A stretch of DNA of 64,000 bases from Candidatus Magasanikiibacteriota bacterium (GCA_903837125.1 CAILTG010000055.1:2199-66198), one strand, 5' to 3'. Shown: positions 1-9,330, counted from the stretch's first letter. Numbers and translations: made by a program. Notes: generated by a model from the sequence alone, not told the origin.

Positions 1-1601
1 GGAATTGCTCCACCTTTAATATCATCAACAAATTCAAAACCTTTACCCTGTTCTTGTGGCTCTAAACGCAACCAGCAATGACCATACTGACCACGTCCAC
101 CAGATTGCTTAATATATTTGCCTTCAGCCTCAGCACTTTGACGAATAGTTTCTTTAAAAGCTACCTGTGGAGCACCGACATTAACACCCACATTAAATTC
201 TCTTTTCATGCGATCAACAATAATTTCCAAATGCAATTCTCCCATACCAGAAATAATGGTTTGCATAGTTTCATCATCAGTACGAATTCGAAATGATGGA
301 TCTTCTTCTGCTAATTTCTGCAAAGCCATACCCATTTTTTCTTGGTCAACTTTGGTTTGAGGCTCAACAGCAATATGAATAACCGGTTCGGGAAAAACAA
401 TTTTTTCTAATAACACTGGAAATTTTTCATCACACAAAGTATCACCAGTGGTAGTGGCTTTAAGTCCAATAGCCGCAGCAATTTCTCCAGAGTAAACATC
501 AGTTACATCTTCGCGATGATTGGCGTGTAATCGCACAATGCGACCAATTCTTTCTTTTTCACCATTAGAAGAATTTAAAATATAAGAACCAGCGGATAAA
601 TGACCAGAATAAATGCGGAAAAAAGTTAAACGGCCCACAAATGGATCAGTGGCCACTTTAAAAGCATAGCCCACAAATGGTGCTTCATCGTTTACTTTTA
701 CTTCAATTTTCTTTTCATCTTCATCTGGATCCTGTCCAAACAAAGTTGGCTTGTCTAAAGGTGATGGCAAATATGCTACCACTCCGTCGAGTGCCAATTG
801 TACACCAATATTTCCCAAAGCTGAACCACAAAATACCGGATAAATTTCATCTTTTAAAACCAAAACGCGAATGGCTTTTTTAATTTCTTCAATACTCAAT
901 TCTGTACCGTTTAAATATTTATTCATTAAATCATCACTGGCCTCGGCCACTTTTTCCACCAACTGCGCACGATATTTTTCCACTTCTTCTTTCAGGTCTC
1001 CTGGTATTTCAATTTCCACAATATTTATACCATGATCACCTTCAAATTTAAAAGCTTTTCGTTCAATTAAATCAATAATACCGGAAAAAGTTCCTTCAGC
1101 CCCAATTGCCAACTGCACGGCAAAAGCTTTTCCTGACAATCTTTCTTTAATAGAATCTAAACTCATGTAAAAATCCGCGCCAACTTTATCCATTTTATTA
1201 ACAAAACAAATTCTCGGTACGCGATATTTATCAGCCTGATGCCAAACAGTTTCTGATTGTGGTTCCACACCTTGTGAACCATCAAACAAAGCTACTGCTC
1301 CATCTAATACACGAAGAGAGCGCTCCACTTCTACAGTAAAATCCACATGACCTGGAGTATCAATAATATTAATACGATGGTCTTTCCAAAAACAAGTGGT
1401 AGCTGCTGAAGTAATAGTAATACCACGCTCTTTTTCTTGTTCCATCCAATCCATTTCAGCCGCACCTTCATGCACTTCACCAATTTTATGTTTTTTACCA
1501 GTATAAAAAAGCACCCGCTCGGTAAAAGTAGTTTTACCAGCATCAATATGGGCCATAATGCCAATATTTCTGGTTTTATCTAAAGTATATTCTCGAGGCA
1601 T
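1..1601 (-). CDS. fusA: Elongation factor G, N-terminal ~533 aa; the 3' end runs off the window start
   Basis: Manual reverse translation from ATG (cat at 1599-1601) gives [36 protein letters not shown]...[22 protein letters not shown]...[18 protein letters not shown]. The GTPase G1-G3 motifs are canonical for EF-G. It sits downstream of rpsL-rpsG in the conserved str operon order. The ORF track missed it because it is truncated by the window edge. Confidence 0.9.
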   Translation of the reverse strand, partial: MPREYTLDKTRNIGIMAHIDAGKTTFTERVLFYTGKKHKIGEVHEGAAEMDWMEQEKERGITITSAATTCFWKDHRINIIDTPGHVDFTVEVERSLRVLDGAVALFDGSQGVEPQSETVWHQADKYRVPRICFVNKMDKVGADFYMSLDSIKERLSGKAFAVQLAIGAEGTFSGIIDLIERKAFKFEGDHGINIVEIEIPGDLKEEVEKYRAQLVEKVAEASDDLMNKYLNGTELSIEEIKKAIRVLVLKDEIYPVFCGSALGNIGVQLALDGVVAYLPSPLDKPTLFGQDPDEDEKKIEVKVNDEAPFVGYAFKVATDPFVGRLTFFRIYSGHLSAGSYILNSSNGEKERIGRIVRLHANHREDVTDVYSGEIAAAIGLKATTTGDTLCDEKFPVLLEKIVFPEPVIHIAVEPQTKVDQEKMGMALQKLAEEDPSFRIRTDDETMQTIISGMGELHLEIIVDRMKREFNVGVNVGAPQVAFKETIRQSAEAEGKYIKQSGGRGQYGHCWLRLEPQEQGKGFEFVDDIKGGAI

Positions 1602-1671
1602 AAATGTTGGTTATAAAGTTAAAAGTTTATAAAGTAATAAAGTTGGCAATAGTCCATTGACTAGAGTCAAT

Positions 1672-2148
1672 TTATGCCCTTCGAGCAAAGTGAGCAAAAG
1701 CTTTATTAGCTTCGGCCATGCGGTGCACATCTTCTCTCTTTTTTAAAGACGCACCAGTGCCTGCTAAGACATCACTCATTTCAGCTAATAACTTTTCGGC
1801 CATAGTTTTTTCTTTCCGAGATTGAGCCGCAATAATAATCCAGCGAAAAGCCAAAGCATTCTGGCGATCAGAAGTTACTGGCATTGGCACCTGATAATTG
1901 GCACCACCTACACGCACTGAACGTACTTCTACTTGTGGTTTTACTGTATTCATTACTTTTTCAAAACCTTTAAGAGCATCCTCTTTATTTTTTTCTTGTA
2001 ATTTTTGCATAGCAGAATAAACGATTTTTTGCGCCACAGTTTTTTTACCACGTTTCATTACAGTGTTAATAAATTTAGCTACCAACACGCTGTGATATTT
2101 TGGATCTGGGGCAATTACCCGTTTTACTGCACTTTTTCCTCTTGGCAT
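1672..2148 (-). CDS. rpsG: 30S ribosomal protein S7
   Basis: 158 aa, MPRGKSAVKRVIAPDPKYHSVLVAKFINTVMKRGKK..., a typical S7. It lies between rpsL and fusA. Confidence 0.95.
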   Translation of the reverse strand: MPRGKSAVKRVIAPDPKYHSVLVAKFINTVMKRGKKTVAQKIVYSAMQKLQEKNKEDALKGFEKVMNTVKPQVEVRSVRVGGANYQVPMPVTSDRQNALAFRWIIIAAQSRKEKTMAEKLLAEMSDVLAGTGASLKKREDVHRMAEANKAFAHFARRA

Positions 2149-2227
2149 ACAACAGTAAGTTAAAAGTTATAAAGTTATAAAGTAAAAAGTTGACTATAAT
2201 CTATTGACTATTTGTTATAATCCAAGA

Positions 2228-2668
2228 TTACTTTGCTGCAACTTTTGCACCGGCTTTTGGTCTCTTGGCTCCGTATACTGAACGACCTTTTCTACGGTTA
2301 GCTACTCCTTGAGTATCATAAACACCACGAACAATATGATAACGTACACCTGGTAAATCTTTTACTTTGCCACCACGGATTAGTACGATTGAATGTTCCT
2401 GTAAATTATGTCCTTCACCTGGAATATAAGCAATTACTTCCACGCCATTTGATAATCTAACCTTGGCTACTTTACGCAAAGCAGAGTTTGGTTTTTTTGG
2501 TGTAGTGGTATAAACCTTGGTACACACTCCGCGCTTAAATGGCGCACCACGTCTTAATTCAGTTTTCTTCCTATGCAAACTGTCATAGGTAAACTGCAAG
2601 GCTGGAGCCTTGGATTTCTTTTTGGCCATGTATCTGCCCTTGCGCAGAAGTTGATTCATTGTTGGCAT
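2228..2668 (-). CDS. rpsL: 30S ribosomal protein S12
   Basis: 146 aa, [12 protein letters not shown]...[65 protein letters not shown], a canonical S12. Confidence 0.95.
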   Translation of the reverse strand: MPTMNQLLRKGRYMAKKKSKAPALQFTYDSLHRKKTELRRGAPFKRGVCTKVYTTTPKKPNSALRKVAKVRLSNGVEVIAYIPGEGHNLQEHSIVLIRGGKVKDLPGVRYHIVRGVYDTQGVANRRKGRSVYGAKRPKAGAKVAAK

Positions 2669-2818
2669 AACTTTGAATTAATTACTTAAATTATAAATTA
2701 AAAAATTGCCCTTTAGGGACAACGAATGAATAACTAAAAATAGTTTTCAAACGTTTACCCAATGGGTACATTCACCTTTATCTGTCATGACGACAGAGGT
2801 TACTACGTAAGTGGCGAT

Positions 2819-2847
2819 ATGATAAACTATTTAAGAAGGGTTGTCAA
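2819..2847 (-). promoter_or_regulatory. Putative sigma70 promoter of the rpsL-rpsG-fusA operon (-35 TTGACA, 17-nt spacer, -10 TATCAT on the minus strand)
   Basis: Plus-strand tgtcaa at 2842-2847 and atgata at 2819-2824 read as TTGACA-N17-TATCAT on the minus strand, about 150 nt upstream of the rpsL ATG. The leader contains the inverted repeat tctgtcatgacgacaga (2781-2797). Confidence 0.4.
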
Positions 2848-2883
2848 GGGGATGTATATTTTTATATGTATTTTGTATTGTGT

Positions 2884-3504
2884 TTAGAAGTAGCCCACTC
2901 CTCCTGTAAACAACCTATATAAAAAAATAATGACCGGAGTAATAATTTGAAAACCAAAAAAAATAAAAAATAATAAAATTACAAAACCATAACGATTTAA
3001 AAATTCGGCTACGCGGTATTGGGAATTTGGCAGTAAGGCAAATAGTAATTTAGAACCATCTAAGGGTGGAATGGGCACTAAATTAAATACTGCCAAGAGC
3101 ACATTGGCATAAACTATAATTGATAAAAATATTACCAAAGTAGAATCAACTGGCAAAAAACGCATGAATATTCCAAAGGCCAGAGCCAAAATAATATTGG
3201 CTGCCGGGCCAGCCAAACCCACAGCTACTGACCCCCATTTTTGATTTTTAAGATTATAAGGGTTGTAAGGCACAGGCTTAGCATAAGCAAACAAAAAACT
3301 CCCGCCAGAAATAAAAAATAAAAATAAAGGCATTAAAATAGTACCCCATAAATCAATATGTGGGATAGGGTTCATAGTCAACCGCCCGGCATAACGCGCA
3401 GTGGGGTCACCCAGCTGATCCGCCATCCAACCATGAGCATATTCATGCAAGATGGATGAGGGAATGATAATAAGAAAGAAAAATAAGAGAGGAAGATACT
3501 GCAT
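2884..3504 (-). CDS. Site-2 protease family (peptidase M50) integral membrane zinc metalloprotease
   Basis: 206 aa, multi-TM. It has the HExxH motif (LHEYAHGW) and the conserved S2P NxxPxxxLDG motif (NLVPIPPLDGSKLL). Confidence 0.65.
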   Translation of the reverse strand: MQYLPLLFFFLIIIPSSILHEYAHGWMADQLGDPTARYAGRLTMNPIPHIDLWGTILMPLFLFFISGGSFLFAYAKPVPYNPYNLKNQKWGSVAVGLAGPAANIILALAFGIFMRFLPVDSTLVIFLSIIVYANVLLAVFNLVPIPPLDGSKLLFALLPNSQYRVAEFLNRYGFVILLFFIFFGFQIITPVIIFLYRLFTGGVGYF

Positions 3505-3510
3505 AAAAAA

Positions 3511-3616
3511 ATTTCTAATTTACTAATTTCTAATTCACCTAATAAAATGCTAAATGCTAATTATTATTTTAATATTTAGAATTTTATTAGTAAATTTGGT
3601 GAATTAGGTGAATTGG
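3511..3616. repeat. Intergenic palindromic element, copy A (aattcacctaataaaat ... attttattag..ttaggtgaattaggtgaatt)
   Basis: This is a long imperfect hairpin whose arms contain TAATTCACCTAAT and its reverse complement TTAGGTGAATT (direct duplicate). A second, roughly 80% similar copy lies at 7897-8000. Confidence 0.55.
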
Positions 3617-3634
3617 TAATTTGTAAGTTTGTTC

Positions 3635-3664
3635 TTGACAAAACAACGCCTTATAGGTTATACT
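3635..3664 (+). promoter_or_regulatory. Putative promoter of rpmB (TTGACA, 18-nt spacer, TATACT)
   Basis: TTGACA at 3635-3640 and TATACT at 3659-3664, about 40 nt upstream of the rpmB ATG. Confidence 0.35.
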
Positions 3665-3705
3665 CTTTTCACTATTCATTCTATCATATCTAATAAAAAA
3701 ACTCT

Positions 3706-3870
3706 ATGTCAAGAATTTGCACTGTTTGCAATAAAGGCAGTAAACGAGCGGCCTACCGTTCACACGCCAAAAATAAAGTATTAAAGCGTCAAATGCCAAA
3801 TTTGCAACTTTCCAACGGAAAACTAGTATGCACCAGATGCATTAGAAGTCAGGCTAAAAAATCCGCTTAA
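3706..3870 (+). CDS. rpmB: 50S ribosomal protein L28 (54 aa; below the ORF-track length cutoff)
   Basis: Manual translation gives MSRICTVCNKGSKRAAYRSHAKNKVLKRQMPNLQLSNGKLVCTRCIRSQAKKSA. The L28 signature MSRxCxVCxKG...SH(A/S)xNKxxKRxxxPNLQ is present, and an intrinsic terminator follows immediately. Confidence 0.85.
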   Translation: MSRICTVCNKGSKRAAYRSHAKNKVLKRQMPNLQLSNGKLVCTRCIRSQAKKSA

Positions 3871-3871
3871 A

Positions 3872-3906
3872 TAAAAAACTCGCCATTTCTAAGGCGAGTT
3901 TTTTAA
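3872..3906. terminator. Bidirectional intrinsic terminator between rpmB (+) and the 842-aa gene (-)
   Basis: Hairpin ACTCGCC-atttctaa-GGCGAGT followed by TTTTTT on plus and preceded by an A-run (a T-run on minus). Confidence 0.6.
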
Positions 3907-3920
3907 AACATATTTATCTA

Positions 3921-6449
3921 TTATTTTATAATAATTCCTGTAGTACAAATTCCACCGTTTTCTTGAATGCCAATAATATCTACTAGAGCACCAGTCTGTA
4001 TGGCAGTCTGCAACAATTGCTCTAAATTGACAACTCTTTGATCACAAGTAGTGATACCAGTGATACTGCCCTTAGTTAAGGCCAAATAGTTTGTAAAACT
4101 ACCATAACCATCACCGTCAGCATACTTTTTTACAACTCCTGAAAATCCTTCTGGTGTGCCTGTTAAAGGAACAACTACAGACAGACTTTCTACACAAATA
4201 CCACCATTGGTTTTTGTACCGCTTACTTCCACCTTCAAACCAGTTTTGATGGTAGTATTAATAAAATTTTTGAGATACAAAATGTTTTTATTACAAACAT
4301 CTAAACCAACTTGCACGCCCTTATCTAACTCTATGTAAGTTGAAAAACTACCATAACCGCCATCAGCAAATTCTCCCAAGTATCCACTATAAGTTTCTGT
4401 TACAGATTGCACCACAGCTTCAACAATAAAATTTTGACTATCTCCATAAACTTTATTGTTCACACCAACACGAATGAAATATTTTCCAGGAGCTATGTCT
4501 GTCCCAGGAGTCCAATTTGCCGTTCCTTTAAATAAAGCTGGTACGGTATAGATAGTTTTAACAAAATTTCCCTCTGAGGTATAAAGATCAAGTTTTCCCT
4601 CCTGATTATCCAAACCTTGCAAATCAATTACTTGCCATTTTACCAGATACTCAGTTCCTTGAGTAATTTTTACACCTTCAAAAGGAGCAATAACTTGGAC
4701 TGCATGGCCATCTGATGCCACCACATTAAAATTTTGACTATCTCCATAAACTTTACTATTCACACCAATGCGAATAAAATATTTTCCAGATGGTATATCT
4801 GTTCCAACATTCCAATAGCACGTTCCTTTAGTTAGATTTGGTACAGTGTAAACAGTTTTAACAAAATTCCCCTCTGAAGTATAAAGATCAAATTTACCTT
4901 CTTGATTATCAAGACCCTGTAAATCTACAATTTTCCATTGTATAAGATAATGGTCTCCTGGTTTAATTTGTTCACCTGAATTTGGGGTAATTACTTGAAT
5001 AGCCGAACCAGGTAAGTAATCTTTTATTACCTGAAAATTTAAAGTCACTCTATTATTTCCTTTAAATAATTCTGGAGCGTAATCCTCATAATCAGCAAAT
5101 AAAGTAACAACATATTCTCCTGCCCCTCGGCTAGGAGTAAAAATAAAACTCATGGAACAACTTTGTTGAACTTTTATAACTGAATCATTCCGACAGGTAT
5201 CATCCAAAGGTGCTGTTGCCCGAAAAACAGCTTCACCAGCATATTTTAATTCCATACCAAATGTATGTTTGGCTTCATAATCTTTGGTACCATTATTTCT
5301 AACATTAAACTTAATGGTTACCTCTTCTCCTGGTTTAAAATTTAATTTGCTAAGAACAGCATTCTCAATAACTAAATCAGGAAGATTTTGTATAAGTGAA
5401 TTCTCAATCACAAATACATCACTATACCAATACAACCCTTCACCATTTTTATCAAGATCAATTCTTAATTTCCAAGTGCCTGGCAAAATATTTTTAACAT
5501 CCCAAAACACCTGATTTTGTGTTATATCGCTAGCAGTAAACAAATCCATGGCTTTTTTGCCTGAAGGATACCAAACGCTTATATAACCTGGAGTTCCTGC
5601 GGGAATATTTTCAACATTCCACATTATTTTATATTGAGTACCAACCTTAAGTCGAGTGTTAAAATCAAGATTAGCAAAAACAATTTTTTTATTTCCTTGA
5701 TTTTCTTTATTATTATCAACCTCATTTTTAACAGCCACTTCATTAATCTGGCTTACAGTTTGCTGCTGCACATTTTTTACCATTAATTCTGTAGATTCAA
5801 CCTGACTAACAACTTTTTTAATTTCAGATTCATTAACCGGTAAATTTTGGTCCAACAAACCCTGAAGAACACTATTATAGGTTTCCAAAGAACTTTGAAT
5901 TTTATCTAGAAGTGCATAAACTGATTCCGTATCACCCATTTTTTCTAAATTTTTTGTGGCACTAGCAACCTTAGCAGTTTGTTTCATAACTTGGTTTTCT
6001 GTATCTTTAACCAGTTCACTACTTAAACTTCCTGTTTTGGCAACAACTTGTTGCATTTCTTTAAGACGCAGATTCAGTCTTTCCGCTTCCCAATTTGCTT
6101 TTTCTTTAGTTGAAAATATTAAGGCTGATTTTATTTCTTCAGAAACATTAACCTTTATTGGATAAAGCATGTCTCCTGGCAAAGCACCTTGAGCAGCCCA
6201 AACTGTGCCGCTACCAGCTCCAAAAATAATAACTAAAATCAACATTGCATAAGCAAATTTTCTATTAATTGAGAAAAATGAAAACTGAAATAATGAAGGG
6301 GGTTTTTCTTTTTCCATATTTTTATCTTTAAGAGGATTGGCGTTCAGGTAATCCAAAACTACACCATCCATAATGTTTTTCTCCTCCTCTGTTAAGTAAA
6401 CAGAATTTTTAATTTTTTGTATTTTCTCCGGAGTACTCATACTGAACAA
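3921..6449 (-). CDS. Putative anti-sigma factor. It has a short cytoplasmic N-terminus, a single TM helix and a large extracytoplasmic region with a duplicated ~97-aa beta-rich (Ig-like) domain and C-terminal Gly/Cys repeats
   Basis: 842 aa. The TM segment is FAYAMLILVIIFGAGSGTVWAA at about aa 65-90. It overlaps the 3' end of the upstream ECF sigma gene by 41 nt. There is an internal near-identical duplication (DNA 4441-4500 versus 4733-4790; protein ...VIDLQGLDNQEGK(L/F)DLYTSEGNFVKT(I/V)YTVP... twice). Confidence 0.5.
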   Translation of the reverse strand: MFSMSTPEKIQKIKNSVYLTEEEKNIMDGVVLDYLNANPLKDKNMEKEKPPSLFQFSFFSINRKFAYAMLILVIIFGAGSGTVWAAQGALPGDMLYPIKVNVSEEIKSALIFSTKEKANWEAERLNLRLKEMQQVVAKTGSLSSELVKDTENQVMKQTAKVASATKNLEKMGDTESVYALLDKIQSSLETYNSVLQGLLDQNLPVNESEIKKVVSQVESTELMVKNVQQQTVSQINEVAVKNEVDNNKENQGNKKIVFANLDFNTRLKVGTQYKIMWNVENIPAGTPGYISVWYPSGKKAMDLFTASDITQNQVFWDVKNILPGTWKLRIDLDKNGEGLYWYSDVFVIENSLIQNLPDLVIENAVLSKLNFKPGEEVTIKFNVRNNGTKDYEAKHTFGMELKYAGEAVFRATAPLDDTCRNDSVIKVQQSCSMSFIFTPSRGAGEYVVTLFADYEDYAPELFKGNNRVTLNFQVIKDYLPGSAIQVITPNSGEQIKPGDHYLIQWKIVDLQGLDNQEGKFDLYTSEGNFVKTVYTVPNLTKGTCYWNVGTDIPSGKYFIRIGVNSKVYGDSQNFNVVASDGHAVQVIAPFEGVKITQGTEYLVKWQVIDLQGLDNQEGKLDLYTSEGNFVKTIYTVPALFKGTANWTPGTDIAPGKYFIRVGVNNKVYGDSQNFIVEAVVQSVTETYSGYLGEFADGGYGSFSTYIELDKGVQVGLDVCNKNILYLKNFINTTIKTGLKVEVSGTKTNGGICVESLSVVVPLTGTPEGFSGVVKKYADGDGYGSFTNYLALTKGSITGITTCDQRVVNLEQLLQTAIQTGALVDIIGIQENGGICTTGIIIK

Positions 6450-6939
6450 AATTTACTTTTAATTTTTTTAATCCTCTATGCAGATTCACTGCTACATAAT
6501 TTTCTGATTCGCCAACAATAAAAGCTATATCTTTTATTGGTAAATCTTCAATTAATCTCAATTGGATTAATTCTCTATATTTCTCATCCAAACCTTCAAT
6601 TTCCTGCTTTACAGCCATAACATCAAGATAATCTTGTTTGTTACACTGTTTTTTATCAACCAGATCAAAACCAGCTTTCATCATTTTTTCCAATGAATCT
6701 GCACTTTTTTTCTTACTATTGTCTACAATCAGGTGATAGGCAGTTTTATATAGAAAAGCTCTTGGCTGTTCTATTTCTTTTCCATCTACCAGATATTTCC
6801 AGGCCCTCATAAATGTTTCCTGGGCCATTTCTCTGGCTTTTTCTCTGTCATACACCCGAAAAAAACAATAGCGAAAAATCTCATCCGAGTACTCATTATA
6901 GGCGTCTATAAATTGTTCTTTTTTTTGTTCCGCGGTCAC
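6409..6939 (-). CDS. ECF-type RNA polymerase sigma-70 family factor; the start is uncertain
   Basis: Sigma region 2 (FIDAYNEYSDEIFRYCFFRVYDREKAREMAQETFMRAWKYL) and region 4 (LDEKYRELIQLRLIEDLPIKDIAFIVGESENYVAVNLHRGLKKLK) are present. The ORF track extends to 7038 through a hydrophobic, non-sigma-like N-terminus with no in-frame ATG nearer. A GTG at 6939 (VTAEQKKEQ...) is the most plausible start. Confidence 0.7.
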   Translation of the reverse strand: MTAEQKKEQFIDAYNEYSDEIFRYCFFRVYDREKAREMAQETFMRAWKYLVDGKEIEQPRAFLYKTAYHLIVDNSKKKSADSLEKMMKAGFDLVDKKQCNKQDYLDVMAVKQEIEGLDEKYRELIQLRLIEDLPIKDIAFIVGESENYVAVNLHRGLKKLKVNFVQYEYSGENTKN

Positions 6940-7040
6940 ATGGTATATGACTACCTTAGAAGCTAAAACATTACACTTTATTATAAAGCAAAAGGACAAT
7001 AAAAACAATAAAATCAATATAAAAAAGTTCTTACCCAATC

Positions 7041-7069
7041 TTGAATTATTTTATCTTTATTGTTATAAT
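7041..7069 (+). promoter_or_regulatory. Possible promoter for tRNA-Pro (TTGAAT, 17-nt spacer, TATAAT)
   Basis: TTGAAT at 7041-7046 and TATAAT at 7064-7069. The leader to the tRNA would be about 80 nt, which is long. Confidence 0.3.
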
Positions 7070-7153
7070 CATCAAACAACGGGCTATATGTTCCATATGC
7101 CCCGTTCTCGCTCGAAAATGATAAAATGAATTTTTCATTTCAGCTCACTCAAA

Positions 7154-7226
7154 CGGGCTATAGCGCAGTTGGTAGCGCGCATGCATGGGGTGCATGAGGC
7201 CGTGAGTTCAAGTCTCACTAGCCCGA
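7154..7226 (+). tRNA. tRNA-Pro (anticodon GGG)
   Basis: A 73-nt cloverleaf folded by hand: acceptor CGGGCTA/TAGCCCG, D stem GCGC/GCGC, anticodon stem CATGC/GCATG with loop ATGGGGT (G37 after GGG), T stem GTGAG/CTCAC with loop TTCAAGT, discriminator A. CCA is not encoded. Confidence 0.8.
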
Positions 7227-7233
7227 CAAAACA

Positions 7234-7262
7234 AAAGATCCCGTTTAACCGGGATCTTTTTT
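7234..7262 (+). terminator. Intrinsic terminator after tRNA-Pro
   Basis: AAAGATCCCG-tttaac-CGGGATCTTT stem-loop followed by a T-run. Confidence 0.6.
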
Positions 7263-7353
7263 AGTGTTTGATAATGTTATAATTGCTAGCGAATCACAAG
7301 CGGAAACTTGTTTCCATTTGGGACGAGCGACGCAATTTCAAGCGCGTTAGCGC

Positions 7354-7740
7354 TTATATTTTCAAATCATCTACTGCACTGGTGTCTACATCATCGTTGT
7401 TCATACTAGACATACTAGATGAGTTAGACATATTTGACATACCCATACCACCAGACATACCAGGATTACTCATTCTTGGACCACGTCCGCCTATTGGTTC
7501 ATTAATTTTTAAATTAACTCGAGCATTATTTTTGGCACCCACAATTTTTAATAAAGTGCGGATAGAACGAGCGGTTTGACCTTGACGACCAATTACATAA
7601 CCCATGTCTTGAGGATTGATGTCCAATGTTAACAATACGCCTCTTTCGTCAACTGTGCGAACTACTTTTACATCGTTAGGATTGTTGACAATACCCTTAA
7701 CTATGTATTCAAGAAAATCTTGATCGCTAATATTTGCCAT
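7354..7740 (-). CDS. KH-domain RNA-binding protein (KhpA/YlqC-like) with a Met/Ser/Gly/Asn-rich low-complexity C-terminal tail
   Basis: 128 aa. It has a KH fold signature (VIGRQGQTARSIRTLLKIVGAK) and the conserved position just downstream of rpsP. The tail is ...GGRGPRMSNPGMSGGMGMSNMSNSSSMSSMNNDD. Confidence 0.7.
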   Translation of the reverse strand: MANISDQDFLEYIVKGIVNNPNDVKVVRTVDERGVLLTLDINPQDMGYVIGRQGQTARSIRTLLKIVGAKNNARVNLKINEPIGGRGPRMSNPGMSGGMGMSNMSNSSSMSSMNNDDVDTSAVDDLKI

Positions 7741-7820
7741 AACTTTACATTACATTTATAAATTAACAAGGAACTGTTCGACTCCCTAGCAATAACCAGG
7801 GCAGTTCTTGGAGTGGAATT

Positions 7821-7849
7821 ATTATATCATTATTATATTTGCCTGTCAA
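7821..7849 (-). promoter_or_regulatory. Perfect consensus sigma70 promoter (TTGACA-N17-TATAAT, minus strand) upstream of the KH-domain gene
   Basis: Plus-strand tgtcaa at 7844-7849 and attata at 7821-7826 read as TTGACA-17nt-TATAAT on minus, about 80 nt upstream of the ATG at 7740. The leader contains an imperfect hairpin (7768-7812). Confidence 0.5.
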
Positions 7850-7896
7850 CCCACTGTTTGTTAACATCTAAAAATTAATTATGCCAACAATATTTT

Positions 7897-8000
7897 GTGA
7901 ATTCTTAATTCACCTAATTATCTAATTCACCTAATAAAATGACAAATTCCAATTATTTTTATTTAAAATTTTATTAGAAATTAGGTGAATTAGGTGAATT
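7897..8000. repeat. Intergenic palindromic element, copy B (same family as 3511-3616)
   Basis: cttaattcacctaattatctaattcacctaataaaatg ... aattttattagaaattaggtgaattaggtgaatt. It lies between the rpsP terminator and the KH-gene promoter. Confidence 0.55.
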
Positions 8001-8012
8001 GAAAATTTTAAA

Positions 8013-8036
8013 ATCCGCCTCTTCGGCGGATTTTTT
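8013..8036. terminator. Bidirectional intrinsic terminator immediately after the rpsP stop
   Basis: ATCCGCC-tcttc-GGCGGAT, with TTTTTT on plus and a T-rich run on minus. Confidence 0.6.
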
Positions 8037-8363
8037 CTATACTTTTGGAGCTGCGGCTGCTTTCTTTTTATCCATTTTTATTTTTCTTCTGCCAGTAATG
8101 GAAACTACTTTCTTTTTCTTACCCTCAATCATTTTATTTTCTATCAGTAAATTATTTACTGTTTCCGACATCTGTGCGCCCACCGACAACCAATATTTTA
8201 TGCGATCAACCTTAAACTGGACTACTTTTGGTTTCGTGGTAGGGTTATAAAAACCCAAATTTTCCAAAGCACCATACTGAGTATCATGACGCTTATCAGA
8301 AACAATTAAGCGATAAGAAGGCTGTTTTATTTTACCCATTCTTTGTAAACGAAGTATTAACAT
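8037..8363 (-). CDS. rpsP: 30S ribosomal protein S16
   Basis: 108 aa, MLILRLQRMGKIKQPSYRLIVSDKRHDTQYGALENLGFYNP..., a typical S16 N-terminus with a Lys-rich tail. Confidence 0.9.
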   Translation of the reverse strand: MLILRLQRMGKIKQPSYRLIVSDKRHDTQYGALENLGFYNPTTKPKVVQFKVDRIKYWLSVGAQMSETVNNLLIENKMIEGKKKKVVSITGRRKIKMDKKKAAAAPKV

Positions 8364-8603
8364 AACAGTTTAACAATTTAACCTGCCTACCGGAAAGGCA
8401 GGCAATTTAGCAATTATTTTTCTCTTTCTCTGCCCAAAACGGGAATTAGGAGAATAATCTTGACGGATTGGCGATATTATAGACAATCAGCAAATTTTTG
8501 TCAAGAATCACTAAACCTAACACGAATCTACATTAATTCAATTAATTGTTTGGATTACTTTTTAATGTTATTATAATCATACTAAATATAAGTAATAAAA
8601 CTT

Positions 8604-9284
8604 ATGAAAAAATATATCTATTTAATCTTGCTTCTACCAATAACTTTTTTAATGGGCTGCCAAAAAATAAACCCTTTAACTACCTCTACACCAATTACCA
8701 CTAACACCACAACCATGACTGATTTCGAAAATGAAACCATTCCTGAAAACAAAAAACAAACACCAACTGGAATAAAACAAGAAGTACCTCTAAACAACAC
8801 CTTACTTTACAAAGGATCTTGGTTTGATATTAAATATCCAAAAAACTTTACTCCGAGCCCTACAGAGCCACTACAAAATGAAGGTGACAACCAAAAAATT
8901 CTAGCCATTAGAACTAACGAAGCTTATTTTACTGCCCCCGACAAAGCAGTAGAATTTTTTGTCTTTTCACCTATTTGGGGTGGTAATCCAATTAATTATT
9001 TGCAAATTACCTCTGATGAGGAATTAGTGAGTGAAAAAACTTCTATGAGTGGACCAGACTCTAATAAAAAAATTATTAAATGGGTTACTTTAAAAGCCAA
9101 AGATAACACCTATTACCGTTCCTATGTATCTATAAAACAAAGAGACACCAGCAACACTTCTATTGATGATGAACCCGGTCTTCATTATGTTTTTGGCATT
9201 AAATACCAAAACCAAGAGACTTATCAAAAATATAAAAAAGCCTTTGAAGATTTCAAAAGCTCTTTGGTACAGTACGCTGATTAA
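8604..9284 (+). CDS. Putative lipoprotein of unknown function
   Basis: 226 aa. It has a signal peptide with lipobox LMGC and a Thr-rich linker (TTSTPITTNTTTMT). No recognisable catalytic motif. A candidate promoter TTGGAT-16-TATAAT lies at 8550-8577. Confidence 0.5.
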   Translation: MKKYIYLILLLPITFLMGCQKINPLTTSTPITTNTTTMTDFENETIPENKKQTPTGIKQEVPLNNTLLYKGSWFDIKYPKNFTPSPTEPLQNEGDNQKILAIRTNEAYFTAPDKAVEFFVFSPIWGGNPINYLQITSDEELVSEKTSMSGPDSNKKIIKWVTLKAKDNTYYRSYVSIKQRDTSNTSIDDEPGLHYVFGIKYQNQETYQKYKKAFEDFKSSLVQYAD

Positions 9285-9330
9285 GCTAAAAATTAAATAT
9301 TAGAAATTTAAAAAATTCTTACCTACATAT

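Noticed and set aside
6940-7038. Hydrophobic N-terminal 33 aa of the ORF-track sigma-factor ORF
   Set aside because: Sigma factors are cytoplasmic. The extension exists only because the next in-frame stop is far upstream. GTG at 6939 restores a normal region-2 start.
7078-7090. Partial duplicate of the tRNA-Pro 5' end (aacgggctata) 64 nt upstream of the tRNA
   Set aside because: Only about 13 nt match and it cannot fold into a tRNA. It is probably chance or a small remnant, and not enough to call a pseudo-tRNA.
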